DNA from: a virus | IMG/VR virus record: IMGVR_UViG_3300023184_004234 | Span: 3,910 to 67,909 of that record | Reading direction: 5' to 3' (one strand) | DNA length: 64,000 nt | Shown here: piece by piece, positions 1-9,816 of the stretch | Position numbering within the stretch: the stretch's first letter is position 1 | How the letters are laid out: the number at the start of each line of letters is the position of its first letter | Position numbers and translations under genes: made by a program | The notes under the pieces: generated by a model | What the model saw: the letters and a program-made list of their open reading frames with translations, nothing else | Told to the model about the DNA's origin: nothing | Databases searched by the model: none

Positions 1-2
1 TA

Positions 3-233
3 TTCTTAGCCGCAGCAGGTTATGCAATATACAATCTTTTGAATAAATTAGAAAGATATGAAGATGTAATTGCATCTAATACACAATCTTATATTGCAAT
101 TTATAATGCAATGAAAGAGATTGATTCAACGGGAGCATTTGAATCGGATGATGAAGTGGGCTCTACATTTCAAGACTTAAAGAATCTTATAGCCAATAAC
201 CAAAAAATATTAAACGGAAACGATAATGGGTAG
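3..233 (+). CDS. Hypothetical small membrane-anchored protein, 5'-truncated by the window edge
   Basis: The frame is open from position 3 (FLAAAGYAIYNLLNKLE...), a hydrophobic stretch upstream of the TTG at 39, so the true start probably lies before the window. It overlaps the next gene. Confidence 0.55.
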   Translation, partial: FLAAAGYAIYNLLNKLERYEDVIASNTQSYIAIYNAMKEIDSTGAFESDDEVGSTFQDLKNLIANNQKILNGNDNG

Positions 234-954
234 AAAGAAAAAAGATACTAGATACTTCACCGAACAAACGGAAGCAGCTATTATCGCTTACAACAAATCG
301 GATGATAATAGAGAGAGAAATAAATTATATACCGAACACATCCATTATTCATTTTATAAGTTATCGGAAAACGTATTAAACACTTGGGGATTTACTTACT
401 TTGATGATGATAAAGAAGATATCAAACACGAAGTAGTTTCTTTCTTATTAGAAAAGATACATAAATTTGAAGAAGGTAAAGGTAAAGCGTTTAGTTACTT
501 TACAATTGCAGCTCGTAACTATCTTATCTTAAATAACAATTCTAATTACAAAAGGTTTAAAGCAACATCACAATTAAGTGCAATGCCAGTTACTTGGGAT
601 TTGGAAAATGATTTTAAACAAACATCACACAACGAAGAATTTAAAACATTTAATGATAGAATGTTACAATTTTGGGATTTAAATTTGAATAAAGAATTTA
701 CAAAGAAACGAGATATTCAAATTGCAGATGCTGTTTTAGAATTATTTAGACGGGCTGAATTTATAGAATCATTTAATAAAAAATCGTTATACTTATTGGT
801 TAGAGAAATGACTGGTTATAAAACACATTATATAACTAAAGTTGTTTCTAAAATGAAAGAAACTCAAATGAAATTGTATTATCAATTTTTAGATGAGGGT
901 GATATTACACAAGAGAAAAAAGACCCGTTTTGGAAGAGAGCAATAACGCGATGA
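226..954 (+). CDS. Phage late-transcription sigma factor, T4 gp55-like
   Basis: N-terminal RYF motif and sigma region 2-like KIHKFEEGKGKAFSYFTIAARNYLI, comparable to the gp55 NPFAYFT motif. Located just before the structural module. Confidence 0.7.
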   Translation: MGRKKKDTRYFTEQTEAAIIAYNKSDDNRERNKLYTEHIHYSFYKLSENVLNTWGFTYFDDDKEDIKHEVVSFLLEKIHKFEEGKGKAFSYFTIAARNYLILNNNSNYKRFKATSQLSAMPVTWDLENDFKQTSHNEEFKTFNDRMLQFWDLNLNKEFTKKRDIQIADAVLELFRRAEFIESFNKKSLYLLVREMTGYKTHYITKVVSKMKETQMKLYYQFLDEGDITQEKKDPFWKRAITR

Positions 955-2645
955 GAATATTAGGGATATCAGCATTTTATCACGACTCAGCAGCTGCATT
1001 GATTGTAGATGGTAAAGTTGTATCGGCACAAGAAGAAGAAAGATTTACAGGTATAAAGCACGACCAAAGATTTCCCATCAATTCTATTAAATGGATTCTA
1101 AAACAAAACAAAATAAAGATTAACCAAATAGATAAAATCGTTTGGTACGAAGACCCTAAGAAAAAATACGAAAGATTCAAAGAACAATATTTTAATTATT
1201 TTCCAAAAACAATCGGTTTAACAAAAAAGCTTTGGAATTGGAAAAAGAATAATAACGTTGAAGATATCATTCGTACACAATTAGGATATAAAGGTTCAAT
1301 AGAATATGTCGAGCATCATATGTCTCACTTAGCATATTCATTCTATACATCACCATTTGAAAATGCACATCTATTCTCAGTAGATGGTGTTGGTGAAAAT
1401 GAAACCGCGATATTAGGATTAGGATTAAAAAGTAGATATATACAACCATTAGAGAGAACGTTCTTTCCACATTCATTAGGATTACTTTACGCAACAATTA
1501 CTTCATTCTTAGGATTCAAACCAAATAGTGGTGAATACAAAGTAATGGGATTGGTGGCATATGGTAATCAAAAAGATTTATATAGAGAACAATTTGAAAA
1601 GTTAGCTAAACTAAATGGTAATACATTAGATTTAGATTTAAAATACTTTTCATTTCATTATTCAGAGAAAGGTATGTTTACTTCTAAATTAGCAGAACTA
1701 TTTAATGTAGCACCAAGAATACCCGAAAGTGAATTAGAGCCGGTTTATATGGATATTGCATTTTCATTACAGGCACATTACGAAAGATTGTTTTTCCAAA
1801 TGTTAAATACTTTTTATAAACATTACCCACAAGATAATTTATGTTTGAGTGGCGGGTGCGCGTATAATGGATTAGCAAATGGTAAGATAACATTACAAAC
1901 TCCTTACAAGAACGTATATGTACCACCAGCACCATCTGATGCAGGTAGTGCTATTGGGTGTGCTTTGTATGTATATTATAAAACACCAAATTATACAAGA
2001 GTAGATAATTCAAGTCCGTTTTTAGGACCTTCATATGGTGCCGCCGATTTTATATCTGCAATTGCTAATTTAGTTCCAACTGGTAAAGTACAACGATTTG
2101 AAAATTATAATCCATTAATAGAAAAAGTAGCAGGATTAATTAACGATGGTGCAATTATAGGTTGGTTTCAAGATGGTAGTGAATTTGGACAAAGAGCATT
2201 AGGACATCGTTCTATATTAGCTAATCCAACAATTAAAGATATTAAACCAAAAGTAAATAGAGTAATTAAAAAAAGAGAAGGATTTAGACCTTTCGCACCA
2301 ATGGTTACTGCTGATGATGCAAATAAATACTTTGAGATGTTAGGACAAGAAGTTCCTTATATGAATCAAGTATTTAAAGTTAAAGATAAGTTTATTGCAG
2401 GCTTACCATCTATTACACACGCTGATGAAACAGCAAGAGTTCAGACCATTCGTTCTACTTTTAATCCACATATTTTTACACTACTTAAGAAATTTGAAAA
2501 GTTAAGTGGGTATCCTATCTTACTCAATACCTCATTCAATCTTAGAGGTCAAACTATGGTATTAGACCCTGAAACTGCGATTAAAACATTTTATAGATGT
2601 GAAATGGATTACTTGGTATTAGGTAATTATTTGATTAGTAAGTAA
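951..2645 (+). CDS. Carbamoyltransferase, NodU/CmcH/TobZ family
   Basis: Kae1-like N-domain (ILGISAFYHDSAAAL, EEERF, HHMSH, DGVGE, GEYKVMGL, SGGCAYN, DAGSAIG) and YrdC-like C-domain (EFGQRALGHRSIL, KREGFRPFAP, LLNTSFN). ATG at 951 overlaps the upstream TGA. Confidence 0.93.
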   Translation: MRILGISAFYHDSAAALIVDGKVVSAQEEERFTGIKHDQRFPINSIKWILKQNKIKINQIDKIVWYEDPKKKYERFKEQYFNYFPKTIGLTKKLWNWKKNNNVEDIIRTQLGYKGSIEYVEHHMSHLAYSFYTSPFENAHLFSVDGVGENETAILGLGLKSRYIQPLERTFFPHSLGLLYATITSFLGFKPNSGEYKVMGLVAYGNQKDLYREQFEKLAKLNGNTLDLDLKYFSFHYSEKGMFTSKLAELFNVAPRIPESELEPVYMDIAFSLQAHYERLFFQMLNTFYKHYPQDNLCLSGGCAYNGLANGKITLQTPYKNVYVPPAPSDAGSAIGCALYVYYKTPNYTRVDNSSPFLGPSYGAADFISAIANLVPTGKVQRFENYNPLIEKVAGLINDGAIIGWFQDGSEFGQRALGHRSILANPTIKDIKPKVNRVIKKREGFRPFAPMVTADDANKYFEMLGQEVPYMNQVFKVKDKFIAGLPSITHADETARVQTIRSTFNPHIFTLLKKFEKLSGYPILLNTSFNLRGQTMVLDPETAIKTFYRCEMDYLVLGNYLISK

Positions 2646-2661
2646 GTTTTTAAATACACAA

Positions 2662-2669
2662 TATTTATA
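2662..2669 (+). promoter_or_regulatory. Putative phage late promoter (TATTTATA)
   Basis: Motif in an intergenic gap 10 nt before the ATG at 2680. It recurs in most intergenic gaps ahead of structural genes. Confidence 0.6.
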
Positions 2670-2679
2670 AAAAAGATTT

Positions 2680-3099
2680 ATGGCAAGCGTAGACATGAAT
2701 TTTCCTTTATTTAAAGGAAAAACATTTAGTGATTTGTTAGGTGATATTTACGAAAACCAACAAAGTAAAAAGAAAAACATTTCTGGTCTTATTGAAGAAA
2801 TGAGAAAATTAGTAACTAAACCATCCGATGTAATTACTATCGGTCCTATCATTACACAATTAATTGAAGCAAGTATTTCAAACGATGACCATTTGATTAA
2901 GATTGCAAACATAGCACAAAAGTTAGTATTAGCAAACACTAAGAAAGCGGGTGATGAGGGTTGGTTAAGTGAAGATGATAAAAGAGCATTGTTAGATGAA
3001 ATGGATGTGGTGGCAAAAGAGATTACTCAAAGTACGGACGATAAGATTGAAGATTTAGAATTTGAAATTGAATCATTAAAAGAAAGTATAGGTAAATAA
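2680..3099 (+). CDS. Hypothetical helical phage protein
   Basis: 139-aa ORF with a good ATG after the late motif and acidic/helical composition. No recognisable catalytic motif. Confidence 0.6.
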   Translation: MASVDMNFPLFKGKTFSDLLGDIYENQQSKKKNISGLIEEMRKLVTKPSDVITIGPIITQLIEASISNDDHLIKIANIAQKLVLANTKKAGDEGWLSEDDKRALLDEMDVVAKEITQSTDDKIEDLEFEIESLKESIGK

Positions 3100-3100
3100 A

Positions 3101-4405
3101 ATGGCATCACAATTTGGACAAACCAGTACCGGTGCAGGTAGAACATCGGTTGGACAATCTACAAAAGCAGAAGCAGCCCAACTTGGTATTGTTAATTTTG
3201 TATTTATAGAAACAGATGACTTAGTTGAAAAGACACCTGATATTGATAAAGGATTTGAAGAATATACAAATGCATCAGATTACGAAGATAAGGATGGTGC
3301 ATATTATGGTGCTATAAAATATAGATTACCAGAAAGTAGTGAATCTAAGGAAGAAAATTTACCCGTTGCATTTCCATTAAATAGATATAATTTTACACTA
3401 CCGGTAAAGGGTGAAACTGTTTATATTCAAACTATAAATGGTAAGAATTTTTATACACCGATTTCATTTCAAAATACCACAGGGTTTAATACTAACATTA
3501 ATATCTTACGTGCAACAGTAAAAGTAGCGGATGAATCAACTACGGGCGGTGGTACTGAAAATTATAAAGAAGTTTCTCAAACAGGTATTGCAAATAGTAA
3601 TACACCCTCTAATACTAAATCAAAAACAAATAAAGGATTTCAAGGAAAATATTATAAAAGAAATATTAAATTACACCAATTAAAACCCAATGAAGGTGAC
3701 ACAATTATACAGGGTAAATCGGGTAATAGTATTAGATTTAGTGGTTATATACATACGGATAAAACAAATGGTAAACAGCACCCAGCAATATTAATTCGTA
3801 ATGGAGAAAATTCAGATTCACAACAAAATAATAAAGTATTTGGAACAACCATTGAAGATATAAATAAAGATGGAACTTCAATACAAATTACGGCAGGTGA
3901 ATATAGTACATTATATGATTCAACTACTATAAAAGTTAATAAAGAAGCAATTAGTAAGTACCCAGCATCGGATGATTTAAAGGGTGACCAGGTAGTTGTT
4001 AATAGTGGTAGAATAATTCTTTCATCAAAAACAGCAGAAACTTTTTTGTTTAGTAAGAAAAATTTTAGTATCTTTACCGATGATATAGTAACCATAGACA
4101 CAGAAAAAGGATTTAATCTTATTTCTCAAAATGGTAATGTGCAATTACAAACAAAAGGTAATAAAAATATTGTATTAACCGTTGAGAATGGAAAAATATA
4201 TGCAGGAAAGGATGGGGCAACTCAGCAAATGATATTAGGTAATACATTGGTTGATTTATTAACACAATTAATAGATGCAATAAATGCAATGACAGTTGCA
4301 ACTCCATCTGGTCCTTCGGCACCGGGGCCTATAAATAAAGCACCATTTAATCAAGTTAAAAATAACTTAAAAACTGCATTATCTAAAACTAATTATTTAA
4401 TATAA
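3101..4405 (+). CDS. Baseplate central spike/hub protein, gp5/gpV-like
   Basis: N-terminal OB-fold-like PLNRYNFTLPVKGETV, a GDTIIQGKSGNSIRF motif, a beta-helix-like C-terminus and a TPSGPS tip motif. Lies upstream of gp25 and gp6. Confidence 0.65.
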   Translation: MASQFGQTSTGAGRTSVGQSTKAEAAQLGIVNFVFIETDDLVEKTPDIDKGFEEYTNASDYEDKDGAYYGAIKYRLPESSESKEENLPVAFPLNRYNFTLPVKGETVYIQTINGKNFYTPISFQNTTGFNTNINILRATVKVADESTTGGGTENYKEVSQTGIANSNTPSNTKSKTNKGFQGKYYKRNIKLHQLKPNEGDTIIQGKSGNSIRFSGYIHTDKTNGKQHPAILIRNGENSDSQQNNKVFGTTIEDINKDGTSIQITAGEYSTLYDSTTIKVNKEAISKYPASDDLKGDQVVVNSGRIILSSKTAETFLFSKKNFSIFTDDIVTIDTEKGFNLISQNGNVQLQTKGNKNIVLTVENGKIYAGKDGATQQMILGNTLVDLLTQLIDAINAMTVATPSGPSAPGPINKAPFNQVKNNLKTALSKTNYLI

Positions 4406-5769
4406 TGTCTTGGTCTCAATTTAAAGATGAAGTAGGTGATAAAATGAAAGCAGCAAGTTGGAAAACCGCTGATGAATTTGCCATTTTCTTTACTAAAAAA
4501 TATGATGAGGCAATGAAACGTGGTAAAGATGCCACTACCGGAAATCCTGTGTTAAAGGGTAATACCGAATTAATGCAACAACTTATTATCAATGCCGGGA
4601 ATGTAGCGTTAGTTGCAAAAACACCTGCTTTTTATAATTCATATTTAAAATTATTAGGATTAGCAGTAGTTGGTTATTGGACGGGTGCAACATTACAAAA
4701 AACAAACACACCAATAATACCGGCGGTTGGTACAATATTAAATTTATCAGTAACCGATAATTTAGTTACTACTCCTGGTAAATTTGGGAGTGGGTACACA
4801 CCACCAATAAAAGAGGTTGATATTTTTTTAGATAACTTTATTATGTTAGCTAAAATACATTTGCAAACGATTCAAGGAGTTTGTTATACAATATCACAAT
4901 ACATACCCCCAATGCCAATTGGACCTGCTATAATCAACTGGAGTGTGTATATAGTAGAGCCTGGACAATCTAACTCTATAAAAGCCGCACCATTATTTGA
5001 ATTTAATAATGCAGATTTTAAATTAACAAAAGAGGAAGAAGAGGGTGCTAAAGACGATATAAAACAAGCGGATGCGATTATAGAAAAATATACACCTGCC
5101 GCAGCAGCTGAACAAAATAATAAATCGGAAGTTCCATTAGAAGACCAAGAAGAATATCATGGTGGTCCGGCAACTAGAATTATAGAAACGGCTAGAGAAA
5201 TGAAAGCGTTGGCTACTGAAAAATTAGCAACCGGGATGAATGTATCAAATGGAGTAGACCCTGCCGCATTAAATAATATACAACAATCTACGAAGGATGA
5301 TGATGTGGGTAAAAGAATTGTAGCATATGCAAAAGCAGCGGCATCTATTCCTGTAATGGAAACTCCACCCAAATCTAACTATGGTGGGTATGTTACTACA
5401 TATTTAAATGGAACTGGGATTAATGGACCGGCTTTTTGGTGTGCAGCAGCAGTTAGTTATTGGTTTAAACAAGCTGGGGCTAAATCACCAAACTCAGCGG
5501 GATGTGCAGCTTGGAAAGCATGGGCAATTAAAAACGGATTATGGTCATCAACTCCGGTAATTGGTGCAGCTATTATTTATGCAAATGGAGTAGGACATCC
5601 ACATCATATTGGTATAGTAGCAGACCCTAAACCAAATTCACAAGGTAGGATTACATCAATTGAAGGAAACACAACCGGGGGTGGATTTAATAGAGATGGG
5701 GTGGGTGTATTTTTAAAGAACCCACGATTAGCATCAATTAATGGATTTATTATCCCAAAAAAGAAATAA
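4405..5769 (+). CDS. Virion-associated peptidoglycan hydrolase with C-terminal CHAP domain
   Basis: CHAP catalytic motifs AFWCAAAVSYWF, HHIGIV and IEGNT. The N-terminal ~190-aa domain is unknown. Embedded in the baseplate module. Confidence 0.8.
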   Translation: MSWSQFKDEVGDKMKAASWKTADEFAIFFTKKYDEAMKRGKDATTGNPVLKGNTELMQQLIINAGNVALVAKTPAFYNSYLKLLGLAVVGYWTGATLQKTNTPIIPAVGTILNLSVTDNLVTTPGKFGSGYTPPIKEVDIFLDNFIMLAKIHLQTIQGVCYTISQYIPPMPIGPAIINWSVYIVEPGQSNSIKAAPLFEFNNADFKLTKEEEEGAKDDIKQADAIIEKYTPAAAAEQNNKSEVPLEDQEEYHGGPATRIIETAREMKALATEKLATGMNVSNGVDPAALNNIQQSTKDDDVGKRIVAYAKAAASIPVMETPPKSNYGGYVTTYLNGTGINGPAFWCAAAVSYWFKQAGAKSPNSAGCAAWKAWAIKNGLWSSTPVIGAAIIYANGVGHPHHIGIVADPKPNSQGRITSIEGNTTGGGFNRDGVGVFLKNPRLASINGFIIPKKK

Positions 5770-5800
5770 CAAATAATTATATATAGTAAAAACCAATTTT

Positions 5801-6262
5801 ATGGACCAAACACAATTAATCAAAGCATTAGTAAAAGTATTAAGAGAGGATATTAAAAAAACTCTTAAAGAAGAAATACGAAATGCTGTTCACGAAGTGT
5901 TAAACGAACAAATTGAAACACCGAAGAAACAAGTGAACGAAAGTTACGAATTTAAATCAAAAGATGATGGTAGCTACGGCACAATCCAATACGGGCAAAG
6001 ACCACAGGCTGCAAGACCTATGCTATCTCCGGCTGATTTAGGATATGGAGATAATTTTAGAGAATATTCACAACCTGAACCTGCTATGGGTGGAACTCAA
6101 TCTGAATATGGTTCTTATTTACAAGGACAAGAAGAAGGTGGTATTCCATTAGAACATAAGTTGGCAATGGCAGCAAGGAGAAATCCAGAAGCGGCACAAT
6201 CAGTTATGAAAGCAATGACGAGAGATTATTCACAATTGGTTAAAAAATTCAATAAGGGGTAA
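5801..6262 (+). CDS. Hypothetical protein (possible assembly protein)
   Basis: 153-aa ORF preceded by a TAATTATA variant of the late motif (5774-5781). N-terminal helix with LKEE/LNE motifs and C-terminal MTRDYSQLVKKF. Confidence 0.6.
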   Translation: MDQTQLIKALVKVLREDIKKTLKEEIRNAVHEVLNEQIETPKKQVNESYEFKSKDDGSYGTIQYGQRPQAARPMLSPADLGYGDNFREYSQPEPAMGGTQSEYGSYLQGQEEGGIPLEHKLAMAARRNPEAAQSVMKAMTRDYSQLVKKFNKG

Positions 6263-6267
6263 CCTAA

Positions 6268-6690
6268 GTGGCAATAGTATTAGAAAAGAAATTTGTAATT
6301 GATGAACAAGATAAAAGTGTGGGTATTACATTACCACTAACCAAAGGAAACAATGGTTATTTTGATGTGTCTTATACAACTAAAGAACAAATTAAAACTA
6401 ATATTAAATCGTTAATACTAACCAACAAAGGTGAAAGATTAATGGAGCCGGATTTTGGCGCGGATTTAAGAAAAGTTTTGTTTGAACCAATTACATCTGA
6501 TTTAGATACTATATTAGAAACAAGAATTACTGAAGCAATTAATAGATGGATGCCATATGTTAATATTGAAAGTATTGTGTATGATATATCTGATTCATTA
6601 AAAGATACGAATAGAATAGATTTAGAATTAAAATATAGTTTGAAATATTCAAATTCAACAACATTAGAACAATTAAACATAGTAATATAA
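6268..6690 (+). CDS. Baseplate wedge subunit, T4 gp25/P2 gpW-like
   Basis: Diagnostic QIKTNIKSLILTNKGERLMEPDFGADLRKVLFEP and AINRWMPYV. Confidence 0.92.
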   Translation: MAIVLEKKFVIDEQDKSVGITLPLTKGNNGYFDVSYTTKEQIKTNIKSLILTNKGERLMEPDFGADLRKVLFEPITSDLDTILETRITEAINRWMPYVNIESIVYDISDSLKDTNRIDLELKYSLKYSNSTTLEQLNIVI

Positions 6691-6691
6691 T

Positions 6692-8707
6692 ATGGCTCTT
6701 AATCCAATAGATAAAAGCTGGTCAACTAATAAAAAGGATATAAAATATACCAATAGAGATTTTAGTTCTTTAAGACAAGCATTAATAGAATTTACTAAAA
6801 CATATTTTAGTAGTACATACAATGATTTTAGTGAAGCATCACCGGGTATGATGTTCATTGAGCAGGCTTCATATGTAGGGGATGTACTTTCTTATTATAC
6901 CGATGCACAATTAAAAGAATCATTTATTAACTTAGCGGGTAATAAAAATAATATTTATCAATTAGCACAAAACTTAGGATATAAACCTAAAATTTCATCC
7001 CCGGCAGCTACTACACTAACATTGTATCAAACCCTGCCGGCTGTAAATGGTGAGCCTGATGAAAAGTATTATTTAAAAATAAATGAAGGAATGGTTGTTA
7101 CTTCTAAATCATTTCCAAATATACAATTTATAACAACTGATATAGTTGATTTTGCTGACCCGCATAATAGAGATATTACAATATTTCAAACTGAAAATAC
7201 AACTGGAAATGTATTATTATATTTAGTAACAAAAACAGTAACAGCTATAAGTGCCGCTAGATATACACAAAAATTTGATTTGGGAGAATTTAAACCAAAC
7301 CCAATTGTTAAAATTAATAGTACAAATTTTATTAAAATAGAAAAAGTAATTGATGACAATGAAAATATCTATTATGAAGTTCCTTATTTAGCACAAGAAT
7401 TGGTTTATATTAAATCACCTAATTCGGAATATACAGAACCAAAACTTTCTCATAGTTCAGAATCACCTAAATATCTATTGAAGTTACAAAAAACGGCTAG
7501 AAGATTTACAACTAGATTAATAGATGAACAAAATATTGAATTAAGATTTGGTAATGGAAACGCATCTACACCGGATGAATTATTAATACCAAATACAAAA
7601 AATGTAGGTTTAGGTTTAAATAATTCAATTAATAGAATGGGTGAATCATTTGACCCTTCTAATTTTTTAAAAACAAATACATATGGAATTGCGCCGGCGA
7701 ATACAACTTTAACAGTTACTTATTTAGCGGGTGGTGGTTTATTGGCAAATGTACCGAGTGGTGAATTAACACAAATAAGTTATGTATCATTCAATGAAGA
7801 TATATTATCAATATCCGATATACACCTACCTACCTATCAACAAAGTAGAAGTTCATTGGGTGTAGAAAATTTACAACCAGCTAGTGGTGGTAGGGGCAAT
7901 GAAACATTGGAAGAAATTAGAGAAAACGCAATTGCTAACTTTGGTGCACAAAATAGAGCAGTAACTAAAAAGGATTATGAAGTTAGAACATTAGCAATGG
8001 ACCCAATTTTTGGTAGTATTGCTAAAGCATATGTTGAACAAGATGGTAACATCGATACAGGAGCAGCACAACAATTATTAAGGAATCCATCGGTTAAAAA
8101 AGATTTCATTGGATTAGTTAAAAACTTACAAAAATCATCTGATACTGAAATTATAGACGCATTGGATGTATTCTTAAAAACAAAACAAACATTTGCAGTA
8201 GAGAGTAATCCATTCGCAATTAATTTGTATTTATTGGGATATGATACTAATGGAAACTTAAGCATATTAAATTCTACTATTAAGCAAAACTTAAAAACTT
8301 ATTTAGAAGAGTTTAGATTAATGACAGATGCTATTAATATTATAGATGGGTATGTGGTTAATATTGGAGTTAACTTTGATATAACTGTATTTTCAAATTA
8401 TAATAAAAGAGAAGTAGTATTAAAATGTACACAAGCAATTGCTAACTATTTTGATATTACAAAATGGAAGATGTCACAACCAATTAATATAAGTGAATTA
8501 GAATTAGAAATAGCAAATGTATCGGGTGTTTCATCCGTTCCTAAAGTTGAAATTGTAAATTTGGTAGATGCAAGTGGAACTACCTATTCACAATATTCTT
8601 ATAATATAGTAGAAGCAACTAAAAACAAAATTGTTTATCCATCATTAGACCCTTCTATATTTGAATTAAAATATCCAGGGAAAGATATTAAAGGGAGAGC
8701 ATTATAA
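6692..8707 (+). CDS. Baseplate wedge subunit, T4 gp6/baseplate J-like
   Basis: RDFSSLRQAL, ASYVGDVLSYYTD, LAQNLGYKP, LRFGNG, GGRGNETLEEIR and QNRAVTKKDYE motifs. Follows gp25. Confidence 0.9.
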   Translation: MALNPIDKSWSTNKKDIKYTNRDFSSLRQALIEFTKTYFSSTYNDFSEASPGMMFIEQASYVGDVLSYYTDAQLKESFINLAGNKNNIYQLAQNLGYKPKISSPAATTLTLYQTLPAVNGEPDEKYYLKINEGMVVTSKSFPNIQFITTDIVDFADPHNRDITIFQTENTTGNVLLYLVTKTVTAISAARYTQKFDLGEFKPNPIVKINSTNFIKIEKVIDDNENIYYEVPYLAQELVYIKSPNSEYTEPKLSHSSESPKYLLKLQKTARRFTTRLIDEQNIELRFGNGNASTPDELLIPNTKNVGLGLNNSINRMGESFDPSNFLKTNTYGIAPANTTLTVTYLAGGGLLANVPSGELTQISYVSFNEDILSISDIHLPTYQQSRSSLGVENLQPASGGRGNETLEEIRENAIANFGAQNRAVTKKDYEVRTLAMDPIFGSIAKAYVEQDGNIDTGAAQQLLRNPSVKKDFIGLVKNLQKSSDTEIIDALDVFLKTKQTFAVESNPFAINLYLLGYDTNGNLSILNSTIKQNLKTYLEEFRLMTDAINIIDGYVVNIGVNFDITVFSNYNKREVVLKCTQAIANYFDITKWKMSQPINISELELEIANVSGVSSVPKVEIVNLVDASGTTYSQYSYNIVEATKNKIVYPSLDPSIFELKYPGKDIKGRAL

Positions 8708-9816
8708 TGATATTATTTTATACCGCATCACAAGATGCAACTATATACTTACAACAACCTTACCAAAATACTGGTATAGATGAGATGTTAGAAATTTCTA
8801 AAGTATATTATGGTGGTACGCCTGATATGAGTAGAGTATTAATTCAGTTTGATACTACGGAAATATCTAAAAGTATTGCAAATCTTACAATACCTAGTGG
8901 TTCATTTACTGCATCATTACAATTAAAAATAACTAAAGCAGATGAAATTGCTGCAAGTTTTGCAATTGAAGCATATCCAATTTCACAAAGTTGGGAAAAT
9001 GGTACTGGTACTCGTTTTGATAATATTACAACAAATGGTGCAACTTGGTATTATAAAAATGGAGATGATACTTCTACTATTTGGAACAATACATATGTAG
9101 CGGGTCAAGGAGCTAGTTTTAACCCCTTTACAACCGGTTCTCAGAGTGGGCTTGGTGGTACATGGTTTACATCATCAGTATCCTCACAATCGTTCCAATA
9201 CACCATAGAAGATATTAATTTAGATATTACTTCATTTGTTAAAAAATGGAATAGTGGTAGTATAGTAAATAATGGTATCATACTTAAGTTTCCAACAGAT
9301 AAAGAAAATAATTCCGTTGATTATGGTAGTATTAAAATGTTTTCAAAAGAAACTAATACAATATATCAACCTAAATTAGTAATATCATATAATGAAACTA
9401 TAACAAGTGGTTCATTGGTAGATATATCTAATTTCGCAGCTAGTAGTAGCTATGATGTTTTATATCGTTGTTATTCTCCAAATTTAAAAACATCATATAC
9501 ACAAGGACAAAAAGTATCTATAAATGTGGATGCTAGAGAGTTATACCCTATTAAACAATTCAATAGTACATTTGCATATCAGGTTAAATACTATTTGCCA
9601 AATGAAGCTTATTACGCAGTAATTGATACTTTAACAAAAGAATTTATTATAAATTACTCACCTAATACAAAAGTATTAAGGGGATTGCGTAACAATGTAA
9701 TTAATTTAAACTTTTCAAATTGGGCAGTTGGTAGAAACTATACGTTATTAGTAAAATCAATTGATACTAATAATGAAGAAATTTTTGAAATTGGTTCATT
9801 TGATATTTACAAATAA
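8707..9816 (+). CDS. Virion structural protein with DNRLRE-like (CBM-like) domain
   Basis: ASQDATIY...NTG...SRVLIQFD...ATW...LDITSFVKKW...NNGIIL...FSKE...PKLVISY pattern typical of DNRLRE-domain proteins. Confidence 0.55.
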   Translation: MILFYTASQDATIYLQQPYQNTGIDEMLEISKVYYGGTPDMSRVLIQFDTTEISKSIANLTIPSGSFTASLQLKITKADEIAASFAIEAYPISQSWENGTGTRFDNITTNGATWYYKNGDDTSTIWNNTYVAGQGASFNPFTTGSQSGLGGTWFTSSVSSQSFQYTIEDINLDITSFVKKWNSGSIVNNGIILKFPTDKENNSVDYGSIKMFSKETNTIYQPKLVISYNETITSGSLVDISNFAASSSYDVLYRCYSPNLKTSYTQGQKVSINVDARELYPIKQFNSTFAYQVKYYLPNEAYYAVIDTLTKEFIINYSPNTKVLRGLRNNVINLNFSNWAVGRNYTLLVKSIDTNNEEIFEIGSFDIYK

